From a virus (lineage: Duplodnaviria; Caudoviricetes): a stretch of DNA of 64,000 nt. Each line of letters opens with the position of its first letter. The stretch's first letter is position 1. The notes below the pieces were generated by a model that saw nothing but the letters and a program-made list of their open reading frames with translations, was not told the origin of the DNA and made no database searches. The DNA is taken from IMG/VR virus record IMGVR_UViG_3300029305_005387; one strand, written 5' to 3'. Made by a program: the position numbers and the translations under genes. Positions 48,667-57,819 of the stretch are shown one piece after another.

Positions 48667-49032
48667 TTAAATAAATTCTTTGACAATTGTAATGATCTCA
48701 GCAATATGATCCATACTCTGAGAAATTTTCTTTTCCCTAACTTTTCCTTCTATATTCCATTTTTTCTTAATGAAATTATAACCCAGGTCAAGTTTAAATG
48801 TATCTGAACTCAGCATTTCTCTACCTCGTATCGATACACGTATGTTGCTCAGACCATCTAAGCTTGGGAAAGTATATTTATCGATAACAAGGTCAATCGG
48901 TTTCTCAACATTTTCATTGAGAACTTTCATTTTTAATCTAGCCTGCTGGTTTGGTGCTAGATTAATTCGTAGATCTGAAATCAACGGTTTCTTATCTACT
49001 TGAATAACTCCAGAGGGGAAATCAATAAGCAT
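48667..49032 (-). CDS. Hypothetical protein (121 aa)
   Basis: AAAGGAG RBS; early motif 49098-49106. Confidence 0.75.
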   Translation of the reverse strand: MLIDFPSGVIQVDKKPLISDLRINLAPNQQARLKMKVLNENVEKPIDLVIDKYTFPSLDGLSNIRVSIRGREMLSSDTFKLDLGYNFIKKKWNIEGKVREKKISQSMDHIAEIITIVKEFI

Positions 49033-49129
49033 AATACATCATCTCCTTTCTCCATATTTTATTAATTTTGAGATTATTCTTATTCCCTTCTACGCTAATA
49101 ATATATCTCTGAAAAAGTGAGATATGCGT

Positions 49130-49882
49130 TTATGCATATGATTTTAAACAATCATAAATTTTCTGTACAACAGGAATATCATCTACATAACCACCAACAC
49201 ATCTAACATCTTTATTCTTCTTAATATTATTGATAAATAAAACGAAGATATTATAAATTTCAGTATATAAATCCACCATTTTATTCGTACTACGATAATG
49301 TCCAAGTGATAGTAGATGTTGTGAATTGAAATCTTTATCCTTTGAAGTGATTCCATTAGATATAGCTAATTCATTAAGAAACTGGAAATCAGGATCTTTA
49401 TCAAAACCAGCACATGTCATAATATGCATTATAGCTTCATGAATACTTAAAGATTCTCCGATGTAAAGGTTAATTACATTATTAATGTTTTCACATACGA
49501 TAGTATTATGATTATTAAATTTCTGATATGACTGTAATCTTTCAATAGCATCATTTGGATTAATAAATCTACATATCTCAGTAATAAACCCATTATCAAG
49601 AAGATTAATTACATAAAATTTATTATCTTCTATACTTAGTACATATTTTGGTTGATTACTTAATTTTTTACTAACAGGAACATCACCCAGGTAAAATTTT
49701 CCTTCTTTGTCAGTAATACAGAATAATACATTTGGATCTCGTGGAACCTCCATCCGATCATAGAAATTCTGTGGCATAAATGCAGTTCTTTTAACATAGT
49801 GACCGGCACTCATTAACGAGTTACTAATATCAATACCAGTTATTCTTAATGGATTATTAATATCATTATCAGTTGATTTCAT
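49130..49882 (-). CDS. Hypothetical protein (250 aa)
   Basis: RBS; early motif 49922-49930. Confidence 0.75.
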   Translation of the reverse strand: MKSTDNDINNPLRITGIDISNSLMSAGHYVKRTAFMPQNFYDRMEVPRDPNVLFCITDKEGKFYLGDVPVSKKLSNQPKYVLSIEDNKFYVINLLDNGFITEICRFINPNDAIERLQSYQKFNNHNTIVCENINNVINLYIGESLSIHEAIMHIMTCAGFDKDPDFQFLNELAISNGITSKDKDFNSQHLLSLGHYRSTNKMVDLYTEIYNIFVLFINNIKKNKDVRCVGGYVDDIPVVQKIYDCLKSYA

Positions 49883-50026
49883 ATATGTATCCTACCTTTC
49901 ATATTAATTAATTTCAATAGTATAATATATCATTTTGTCAGAAATAAACATTAATTATATATTCTTAGAATAATGAAATAACAAAAGAATGATAACAATT
50001 CTTTTTAGAAAAGGAGATGTAAAATT

Positions 50027-52378
50027 ATGCAATTTAGCGAAAAATTTATTGACAAGAATATCTCTGACTTAGTCAAGATGTATGACCTTGTCCACAGTAG
50101 TAATGTAAATCTGGCACGTACCAGTACTGATCTTATAGATGGTCTGAAACTAGTACAACGAAGGACATTGTACATCATGTATCTGAAAGATCAAGGAAAG
50201 AAATTCCGTAAAGTAGAAACTATCGGTGGTGATGTATTAGGTAGAGCACATCCTCACTCTTCTGATAGTATTAAAGATGCATTAGTCATTATTGCTCAAG
50301 AATGGAAAAATATTATTCCTCTTATTGAATCTTATGGAAATTTTGGTAGCCCTTCAGGTGACCCAGCAGGTGCAGGTCGTTATATTCAGGCTAGATTATC
50401 AGATTATGCTCAGGCATGTTTCTTTGATGATTGGAAAGATTCCATTGTTGATATGGAAATGTCTTATGATGAAGAAACAATGTTACCTAAATATTTACCT
50501 GCTAAGTATCCTAATGTCTTACTAAACGGATGTCTTGGCATTGGCCATATGGGTATTTCATTTAATATACCTGCATACAATTTCAGAGAAGTAGTTGAAG
50601 CAACTATCAATCTGATGATGAATCCAAATGCAAAGATTGTGTTAATTCCGGATAGTCCTACAGGTGCTGATATTATTGAAACTGACTTTGTTTCTTTATG
50701 TGATAGAGGTAATGGTTCATATATGCAGAGATGTACATATGACATTGATGCTGAAAATAATATTATTACCATCACAAGTCTTCCTCATCTTGTAACAGCT
50801 TTTGCAGTAAGAGAAAAGATTTCTGATATTAAAGAATCTGGAGGGTTACATGAACTTCTTGATATGAATGATTTATCTGGAAAGAGTATTGAAATCCAAT
50901 TAGTAATCAGAGATGATGTTAATCCATATAAATTCATGAAGAAGTTAATATCTATGATTCCTGGCTTAGAAAGATCTTATCCAGTAAATATTACAGTAAC
51001 AAACAATCTTCGATCTGTAGATTATTCTATCAAACAGCTTTTACTGGATTGGATTCAGTGGAGAAGAGAACAAAAGAGAACTGTCGTAAGTAATAAACGT
51101 ACGACTCTTTTATCAGAGCAGCGTGTAAACGATGTTAAAATCTTTATTATGAATCCGGAAAATAGAGACGCAACTTTGAAGATTTATTCTGGAGGTAAAA
51201 ATGGTGCAACTATTGAAAAGGAACTGATTGAAAGATATAAAAATACTGAAATCAGAATGGATTCTTTACAAGCAAGAGCATTATCTAATATGAGACTTGT
51301 AGACTTCTGTCAAGAGGCATATGAGAAATGTTTGGAAAAGAAAGAAGAACTTGATAAAGAGCTGAAAAACATTGATGCAACTTTAAATACAGAAAATGGC
51401 ATCGATAAACTTATCATTGCAGAGTTGCGTGATGGTATGAAACGTTTTGGAACACCTCGTCGTTCTAATGTAGTACCTCATAAGATTTCTGTAAAGAATG
51501 AAACTGAAGGATTCTGTATTTTACAATTATCTTCTGATGGAATGATTATTCGTAAAACGGCTACTAATGCTGAAGAAGAACCTATTCCAACTGACAGTAA
51601 TGGATTTGCATGTTTAGTAGACAATGACAGCTCATTTATTCTTGTAGACTCGAATGGATATCATACATTTATTCGTGTTAATGAATTACCAATAGATTCT
51701 GAAGTACCTGTATGGAGATATTCTAAGAGACCCCTTGAAGGAAATATTGTTGCTATGTTGCCTGCAGAAATTGAATCTGACAGATATTGTACTTTGATTT
51801 CTAAGAAAGGTATTGTAAAGAGAGTAATGATTTCTGATATTGGTCCTTCTAAGAAACCAATTATTGCAATGGATAAAGATGATAAGTTGATAAGAGGAGT
51901 TATCTTAAGATCTAAATCTAAAAAGGAATTATTAGTATATACCAAAAATGGAATGGGTCAAAGATTGGATCCTAATTCTATTAGAATCACATCTCCATCA
52001 GCAAAAGGTGTAAGTGGATTTAAACTCACAAAAGATGATGAGATCGTTGGTGTATATGCAATATCTCCAGAAGCAAATGCATATCTATTGTATGTAACCA
52101 CAAAGGGTAAAATGAGATTAAACGTAATTAATTATTTACCAACAAGAAATTCTAAACATGATTCTATGTTGCAGTTAATTTCTCTCAATGATCGTGATAA
52201 GTTGGTAGCAGTAGTAGGTTGTAATAAACTTGATAAGGTTTGTGTATTTTATGATGATCAAACATCAGAAATTGTTGATCTCTCTTTAATGGAAGAATCC
52301 ACAATGAGTAGCGAACCTAAGAAAGTTACAACCAAAAATGCTGTAAGTAATAACATCATTAAAGTAAAACTTGTATAA
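50027..52378 (+). CDS. gyrA: Type IIA topoisomerase subunit A (GyrA-like, with C-terminal pinwheel repeats)
   Basis: DGLKLVQRR, HPHS, GNFGS, AGAGRYI catalytic Tyr, PNVLLNG, PDSPTG. Confidence 0.92.
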   Translation: MQFSEKFIDKNISDLVKMYDLVHSSNVNLARTSTDLIDGLKLVQRRTLYIMYLKDQGKKFRKVETIGGDVLGRAHPHSSDSIKDALVIIAQEWKNIIPLIESYGNFGSPSGDPAGAGRYIQARLSDYAQACFFDDWKDSIVDMEMSYDEETMLPKYLPAKYPNVLLNGCLGIGHMGISFNIPAYNFREVVEATINLMMNPNAKIVLIPDSPTGADIIETDFVSLCDRGNGSYMQRCTYDIDAENNIITITSLPHLVTAFAVREKISDIKESGGLHELLDMNDLSGKSIEIQLVIRDDVNPYKFMKKLISMIPGLERSYPVNITVTNNLRSVDYSIKQLLLDWIQWRREQKRTVVSNKRTTLLSEQRVNDVKIFIMNPENRDATLKIYSGGKNGATIEKELIERYKNTEIRMDSLQARALSNMRLVDFCQEAYEKCLEKKEELDKELKNIDATLNTENGIDKLIIAELRDGMKRFGTPRRSNVVPHKISVKNETEGFCILQLSSDGMIIRKTATNAEEEPIPTDSNGFACLVDNDSSFILVDSNGYHTFIRVNELPIDSEVPVWRYSKRPLEGNIVAMLPAEIESDRYCTLISKKGIVKRVMISDIGPSKKPIIAMDKDDKLIRGVILRSKSKKELLVYTKNGMGQRLDPNSIRITSPSAKGVSGFKLTKDDEIVGVYAISPEANAYLLYVTTKGKMRLNVINYLPTRNSKHDSMLQLISLNDRDKLVAVVGCNKLDKVCVFYDDQTSEIVDLSLMEESTMSSEPKKVTTKNAVSNNIIKVKLV

Positions 52379-52381
52379 ACA

Positions 52382-52411
52382 AAACAGGAGGGAAATATTT
52401 CCCTCCTGTTT
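52382..52411. terminator. Perfect 30-bp palindrome
   Basis: AAACAGGAGGGAAAT|ATTTCCCTCCTGTTT. Confidence 0.7.
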
Positions 52412-52444
52412 ATATATTCTAAATGAAGAAAGGAGATTAACAAA

Positions 52445-54559
52445 ATGACATTTCAGAAAATTTTAAATGATCTTTCAATGGATCTTTTATCAGTTAAAGA
52501 TGCATATAGTGAAATGAGTTCAAAAGAAAAGATGAAACGAATCAATTTTTATAGTCATATTAATGATATCCGAAAGGATCCATTAACAGATGGACAGCTT
52601 CAAGAACTGGAGTCTATTGTAAATGTTTTACAGATTCTTTACAATTCTGCAGTAGGTTCACCAGTGAGTGACTATACGTACGATATTTTACAAGAAATTT
52701 TAGTAGACATGGGTATTCCTCGACTAACAGGATCAATTGAAATTAATGATTCTAAGAAGTTGAGTCACACTTATAAAAACTTAAGAGGTACATTGGATAA
52801 AGTTTATTATCTATCAAAAGAAGAGCCTAGGACTAACAAATCACGAAAATATTTAGATGAATGGATTAATTCAATTGACTCCATTTATTATAAAGCTACT
52901 GGTAAAAAGATCGATTTCAACAACGTGAAAGTTTTATGTCAGCCAAAATTTGATGGAACTTCTGCTATTATGGAATGGGATGGTAAACATGCAGTATGGT
53001 TAAATAGAGGAGATACTGCTAAAAATAGAGCATCTGAAATTACTCATATTATGAAAATCTTCAATGATCTATTTTGTGATGAAGATCCTGTTGGAATTAA
53101 ATTCGAAGTAATGATGACAGAAGAAAACAAAGATCGAATCAATGAACTATATAGACATCGTCAATACAAAAATTCTAGACAGATAGTTACGGCTACTTTG
53201 AATTCTAATGAAGCTGATTTTAAAGCAGATTATCTGTATCCGGTACCATTAAGAATTATTAGACCAGGTGATGATATTGAACAGATTCATCCAATGTTAT
53301 TAGAAAAATTTCCGACAATTATTTGCACTATTGGAGAAAGAGAAAAGATACGTTCTTATGCAAATTCAATTAGATATGTAAATATTAATGGAATGAGATT
53401 ACGTACTGATGGTGTTGTATTAACTATTCTTGATCCAGATATCCAGAGAATACTTGGGCGAGAAAATGATATTAATAAATTCGAAGTTGCTTTTAAATTT
53501 ACTGAAGAGACTGCGTATAGTAAAGTAAAAGACATTGAATTTTATGTCTCTGAATTCGGATACATTACACCAGTACTTGTTGTAAATGATGTAATCATGA
53601 AAGGTAACACAGTAAATCATATTTCATTATCCAATAAAGAAAGATTTGACGAACTTGGATTATGCTATGGAGATACTGTGAAAGTATTATATGATATTAT
53701 TCCATATGCAACAATTGATGAATCTTGTGTACGACAGAAAACTGGAAGAAAAATTGAATTTGTAACACATTGTCCTCGATGTCATGAAGAACTTGATTTA
53801 AATGCAACTGAAGTTCAATGTAAAAATCCTATTTGTCCTTCACGTGTAGTTGGTCGCGTAATGAATTATTGTAGCTGCTTAAGAATTAAGAATATTGGCT
53901 TCCAAACTCTCGATATGTTATATTCCGCAGGTTTACTAAATAACGGAATAAGAAGCCTATATAAGCTAAAAGGAAAAGGCAATAAAATTGAAGATCTAGA
54001 AGGATTTGGTAAACTGAAAACCCGTAAAATGATTAGTGAGATTGAAGCAAAAAGAAGATTAAAAGATTATGAATTCTTCGGAGCAATTGGTATTGAAGGT
54101 TTATCAACAAAAACATTCCAAGGAATATTTGAAAAGATTAAATTAAGCGATTTCATGGATATGTTTAAATTGAAGAATTTTGATTTACTACATGCTAGAT
54201 TAGTTTCAATAAATGGTATTGGTGCTTCAAAAGCTGATCTTCTAATTAACTTCTTCAAAGATCCTAAAAATAGGAATGAAATTGAAAAACTTCTAAATGA
54301 AATAACATTATATGAAACATTTAACAAAAATTTACAGTCAAAAGGAAGAATTGTATTTACGGGATGTAGACCAAGCGACGAACTTGAAACATTTATATCT
54401 TCTAAAGGTTTTGAACCATCTGATTCTTGGACGAATAATGCAAAATGTTTAGTTGTACCTCATAACAGTTATGAATCTTCTAAAGTAGGAAAAGCTCAAT
54501 CTAAAAACATTCCGATTATTACAATTTCTGAAGTTTATAATTACATTACTAAACTATAG
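52445..54559 (+). CDS. ligA: NAD-dependent DNA ligase
   Basis: QPKFDG adenylation site, DGVV, VAFKF, CPRC..C..C Zn finger, HhH repeats, BRCT IVFTG. Confidence 0.93.
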   Translation: MTFQKILNDLSMDLLSVKDAYSEMSSKEKMKRINFYSHINDIRKDPLTDGQLQELESIVNVLQILYNSAVGSPVSDYTYDILQEILVDMGIPRLTGSIEINDSKKLSHTYKNLRGTLDKVYYLSKEEPRTNKSRKYLDEWINSIDSIYYKATGKKIDFNNVKVLCQPKFDGTSAIMEWDGKHAVWLNRGDTAKNRASEITHIMKIFNDLFCDEDPVGIKFEVMMTEENKDRINELYRHRQYKNSRQIVTATLNSNEADFKADYLYPVPLRIIRPGDDIEQIHPMLLEKFPTIICTIGEREKIRSYANSIRYVNINGMRLRTDGVVLTILDPDIQRILGRENDINKFEVAFKFTEETAYSKVKDIEFYVSEFGYITPVLVVNDVIMKGNTVNHISLSNKERFDELGLCYGDTVKVLYDIIPYATIDESCVRQKTGRKIEFVTHCPRCHEELDLNATEVQCKNPICPSRVVGRVMNYCSCLRIKNIGFQTLDMLYSAGLLNNGIRSLYKLKGKGNKIEDLEGFGKLKTRKMISEIEAKRRLKDYEFFGAIGIEGLSTKTFQGIFEKIKLSDFMDMFKLKNFDLLHARLVSINGIGASKADLLINFFKDPKNRNEIEKLLNEITLYETFNKNLQSKGRIVFTGCRPSDELETFISSKGFEPSDSWTNNAKCLVVPHNSYESSKVGKAQSKNIPIITISEVYNYITKL

Positions 54560-54570
54560 GAGGTTTACAA

Positions 54571-55173
54571 ATGATACATCCTGCTACAAATGTTCATGTC
54601 CTCTCTACAGAAGGAGGAAATAATATTGAAGGAGCTATAGAAAGTGTTATTCGTATCTATAGCTCCATTATTGATTATCATGATATAAATGACGGAGTAG
54701 ATTTCAGTTTGATATTAGCTCAACCAAATATTGGATCTAAGTTAAAGATTACAGATTGGACTGGTTGGACAGATATATTCAGCATCGAACGTCATAAGTA
54801 TAATGGTAAATGGTATGAAATAACAATTGAAAATGGTAATAACAAGATTTATGTAACTGAAGATGAATTAATTCCAGTATACAAAACAGAAGATGTTAAA
54901 CGAGGATTCCATGGTGAGATAAAATACTCTTATATTTTGAAATCCCCTTCTAAGATTGAATCCAGCGATTACATGAGATTTAGAAAAGTATACAATGATG
55001 ATCCTGATTATTCTTATGATTTAACATTTGAACCAGTCATCATTAAAGAATGCAAAGGTCCTGAATATGCATATAAAATTATTACACGATCTAAATTTTA
55101 TAATGCATTTGGAATGCATTTGTGGGGATGTAATGATATCCCTGTAACCGAAGTTCAAAAATGGTATAAATAG
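54571..55173 (+). CDS. Stand-alone degenerate Hint (intein-like) domain protein
   Basis: MIHPATNV (block A), IYVTEDELIPV (block B), YAYKIIT.SKFYNAFGMHLWG (blocks F/G). Confidence 0.6.
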   Translation: MIHPATNVHVLSTEGGNNIEGAIESVIRIYSSIIDYHDINDGVDFSLILAQPNIGSKLKITDWTGWTDIFSIERHKYNGKWYEITIENGNNKIYVTEDELIPVYKTEDVKRGFHGEIKYSYILKSPSKIESSDYMRFRKVYNDDPDYSYDLTFEPVIIKECKGPEYAYKIITRSKFYNAFGMHLWGCNDIPVTEVQKWYK

Positions 55174-55188
55174 AGTAATTTTAAAATG

Positions 55189-55197
55189 ATATATTAT
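55189..55197 (+). promoter_or_regulatory. Early-type promoter motif ATATATTAT
   Basis: Recurrent oriented motif. Confidence 0.55.
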
Positions 55198-55286
55198 GTA
55201 AATGACATCGCATAAATCTATACATAATATGTGATATCGTTCTCTACTTATATCTGTAAAATACAATACAAGGAGGATTATTTACA

Positions 55287-56291
55287 ATGGCTAAGAAGGA
55301 TAAGATTAAAATTCCAAAATCAGTCCTTGATCTACGTCACAGTCCTAAGAAGTTTGCTAAGAAGCATAATATTAGGATTAACGGGAAAGGATTAAGCAAA
55401 GGCGAAAAGAAGAGAAATAAGAAAAGACTTAAGGAAGAATATTCCGAACATGCAATTGAGGGTCTAAATAAGGCAGTTAAGATTCTCGCTGAACATCCTG
55501 ATCACAAGAAGACTGAAAAGGTCAAAGCAGGTGTTGATAATATCATCAATAACGATGTTGTTATGAAACGTATTGTGAAGTTGTATAAGAAGGATCCATC
55601 TAGTTATCCTAACATGATCTATCTTCCTAACATGATCATGAATACGTTAGCATATTACAATTCTGATACTATTACAGATGAAGAGAAAGCGATCGGAGCA
55701 GAGCTCGATACAGAAGGACTTATCAAATTCTGCGAAAAGATTCTTAAAAAGGAAATTAAGCGTTATGAAAATGCTGGTATCGCACCTGAAGTTAGTTTCC
55801 AGCTTGCCGTGACGATTCCTACCACAAAGTTATTCAAGAATCGTAAATGGTACAAGCATCTGATCTCAACTCTTTATGATATTGCTGAAAAGAGTGATGT
55901 TGATGTAGATGCAGTTCTGCGTGCAGTTACTAAGGTTGATAAGAAGAAAGGTATTAAGAAACAGGAATTCCTTGAAGGATTCTTCTCTGAATTCATTCTT
56001 CAGAAGAATACCAACAGAATCGCTAAGTTTAATGATTCTCAGAAGCAGTTACATGAAGATCTTATCGAAAGATCTCTTGTATATCTTGATAATCTGAAGA
56101 AATCTAAACTTCGTGATGTACTTAAGCAGTATATTAAGAGAAGAAAGAACGCAGAAGAATACAAGAATGATTCTAAACGTGTAATCAAGTTTACAGAGCA
56201 TGCTAATAGCAATTCTCCTTACGCAAATATCAAAACAGTTGTACAGGATTTGATTGCTGATAATGCATCAAATGAGCTCTACCTTTCTTAA
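55287..56291 (+). CDS. Basic hypothetical protein (334 aa)
   Basis: Lys-rich N-terminus; AGGAGG RBS. Confidence 0.8.
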   Translation: MAKKDKIKIPKSVLDLRHSPKKFAKKHNIRINGKGLSKGEKKRNKKRLKEEYSEHAIEGLNKAVKILAEHPDHKKTEKVKAGVDNIINNDVVMKRIVKLYKKDPSSYPNMIYLPNMIMNTLAYYNSDTITDEEKAIGAELDTEGLIKFCEKILKKEIKRYENAGIAPEVSFQLAVTIPTTKLFKNRKWYKHLISTLYDIAEKSDVDVDAVLRAVTKVDKKKGIKKQEFLEGFFSEFILQKNTNRIAKFNDSQKQLHEDLIERSLVYLDNLKKSKLRDVLKQYIKRRKNAEEYKNDSKRVIKFTEHANSNSPYANIKTVVQDLIADNASNELYLS

Positions 56292-56315
56292 ATTATGAAA
56301 TAGGAGGATTTTATC

Positions 56316-56849
56316 ATGGCTAAGAAGTCTAAGAAAGTTGAAAAAGAGACTAGACGTCTCATGGAAAGTATTGCCGATCTTGTAAAGAAGAAAGGTGACA
56401 AATATAAGTTTAAATCTAAGAATAAGAAAGTGATCAAGAAAGTTAAGAAGACTTGTGTTCACTGGATTTATCGCAAAGGTAAGGAAGTACCTACAGTTAT
56501 TCAGGATCCTAATCGTTCCGGATATTGGAAATGTAAGATCTGCGGTGCATCTTTCCCTATTAAGCCTCTTCCAACAGAAAAAGATTCCAAACGTAATGGT
56601 TATGAAATCGCTGCAGATGATATGCTTGGTTTAGTTAATCAGATGCAGTTCTGGTCTGTAGAACTTGGTGGCGACGCAGATGACACTAAGATGTTCATCC
56701 GTTTAAAGGAAGACCTTCCTAGATTCGCAAAGGTTTCTAAGCAGATTCTGAAGAATGTTAACAAGCGTGATGAAATGGAAAATAACAGAGCTAGAACAGA
56801 TGCAATGAGCCAGTTCGATGCATACTCTGGTTTCGGTTATAGAAATTAA
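56316..56849 (+). CDS. Basic Zn-binding hypothetical protein
   Basis: CVH...CKIC; AGGAGG RBS. Confidence 0.8.
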   Translation: MAKKSKKVEKETRRLMESIADLVKKKGDKYKFKSKNKKVIKKVKKTCVHWIYRKGKEVPTVIQDPNRSGYWKCKICGASFPIKPLPTEKDSKRNGYEIAADDMLGLVNQMQFWSVELGGDADDTKMFIRLKEDLPRFAKVSKQILKNVNKRDEMENNRARTDAMSQFDAYSGFGYRN

Positions 56850-56860
56850 TCAGTGTTAAA

Positions 56861-56898
56861 AATTATGGAAGGTGATATTATCATCACCTTCCATAATT
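56861..56898 (+). terminator. Terminator hairpin
   Basis: 16-bp stem, 6-nt loop. Confidence 0.65.
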
Positions 56899-57004
56899 AA
56901 AATAAAAACTTATAACGTCATATACATTTAATAGTAATAGGGTGAAATAATAAAAGATGAGAGAACATCAATTAAAATTTCATTGAATTAATCTATCTGA
57001 TTCA

Positions 57005-57097
57005 AATTCTCAACTTAGTTGGTTATTCAAGATATCTAACAGCAGTCTGATAAACTGTGAATATAAATTGATAGATAATTTATATTGGTTGAGAATT
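57005..57097 (+). ncRNA. Oversized tRNA-like cloverleaf with Ile-GAT anticodon loop; no TTCG T-loop, no CCA
   Basis: 10-11-bp closing stem, GTTGG/CTAAC arm, GCAGT-CTGATAA-ACTGT arm, 10-bp arm with 7-nt loop. Confidence 0.55.
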
Positions 57098-57107
57098 CCT
57101 ATATTAT

Positions 57108-57184
57108 GGGCCTTTAGCTCAGTTGGTTAGAGCATCCGGCTCATAACCGGACGGTCCCGGGTTCGAATCCCCGAAGGCCCACCA
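57108..57184 (+). tRNA. tRNA-Ile2 (CAT)
   Basis: Canonical cloverleaf GGGCCTT...AAGGCCCACCA, loop CTCATAA; acceptor resembles Firmicute Ile2 rather than Met. Confidence 0.9.
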
Positions 57185-57193
57185 TTAATATCA

Positions 57194-57303
57194 AAGTCAC
57201 ATACAGCAACTAATAAAACAAAATTGCTTATAGCTTCATGAGTTCGAATCTCATACTATTAAACTTTAATAGTTATCCAAGTGGCCAAAGGAACAAGTGA
57301 CTT
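57194..57303 (+). ncRNA. Circularly permuted, anticodon-less tRNA mimic (YrlA Y-RNA-like topology)
   Basis: Order T arm, loop-closed acceptor stem, D arm, all enclosed by AAGTCAC/GTGACTT. Confidence 0.75.
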
Positions 57304-57321
57304 ATGGATATATTAAAATAT

Positions 57322-57406
57322 GCCGGTATGATGGAATTGGCAGACATGACTGACTCAAAATCAGTTTCCATTAGGAGTAGCGGTTCGAGTCCGCTTACCG
57401 GCACCA
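57322..57406 (+). tRNA. tRNA-Leu (CAA)
   Basis: GCCGGTA...TACCGGCACCA, loop CTCAAAA, long variable arm. Confidence 0.93.
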
Positions 57407-57409
57407 TAT

Positions 57410-57485
57410 GCGTCTTTAGCTCAGTAGGAAGAGCAATGCACTTTTAATGCATGGGTCTGGAGTTCGAGCCTCCAAAGACGCACCA
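57410..57485 (+). tRNA. tRNA-Lys (TTT)
   Basis: GCGTCTT...AAGACGCACCA, loop CTTTTAA. Confidence 0.93.
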
Positions 57486-57745
57486 CTTCTCCGTATCGTG
57501 GGAGATTAATAAAATACACGAGCATCTTATATCAGTGAATAAGATGAGCCCAGTAAAATCTGACGTAATACCAAGCGGTATGAATGTAGTAAATAATCGG
57601 GGCTAATCTCTATAGTGATATAGAGCAGTTCATAAGAGAACGGGCTAAGATTAGCGACCTTAGTCGAATATTATTAAACCTTAGCACTCCTCGTGCGAGA
57701 GGCATCCTAGCCACAGGGAGTTGGAAGGATGAAAAAAAAGAGGGC
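57486..57745 (+). ncRNA. Unassigned multi-hairpin structured RNA
   Basis: GC-enriched non-coding stretch with about nine stems, between tRNA-Lys and a terminator. Confidence 0.5.
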
Positions 57746-57749
57746 AATT

Positions 57750-57795
57750 AATAAATTACCCAGAGGAGCTATGATGCTCCTCTGGGTAATTTATT
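57750..57795 (+). terminator. Terminator of the tRNA/ncRNA cluster
   Basis: 20-bp stem, 6-nt loop, T tail. Confidence 0.75.
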
Positions 57796-57819
57796 TTTAC
57801 TAAAAGGAGGGATTAATTT

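Noticed and set aside
57108-57184. tRNA-Met assignment for the CAT tRNA
   Set aside because: Paired G1-C72 and no GGG/CCC anticodon stem exclude initiator; the acceptor resembles Ile2. Elongator Met is not fully excluded.
57684-57704. HDV-like/theta ribozyme suggested by CACTCCTCGTGCG near tRNAs
   Set aside because: P3 is mismatched, and no P1 partner or following GG for P1.1 could be found.
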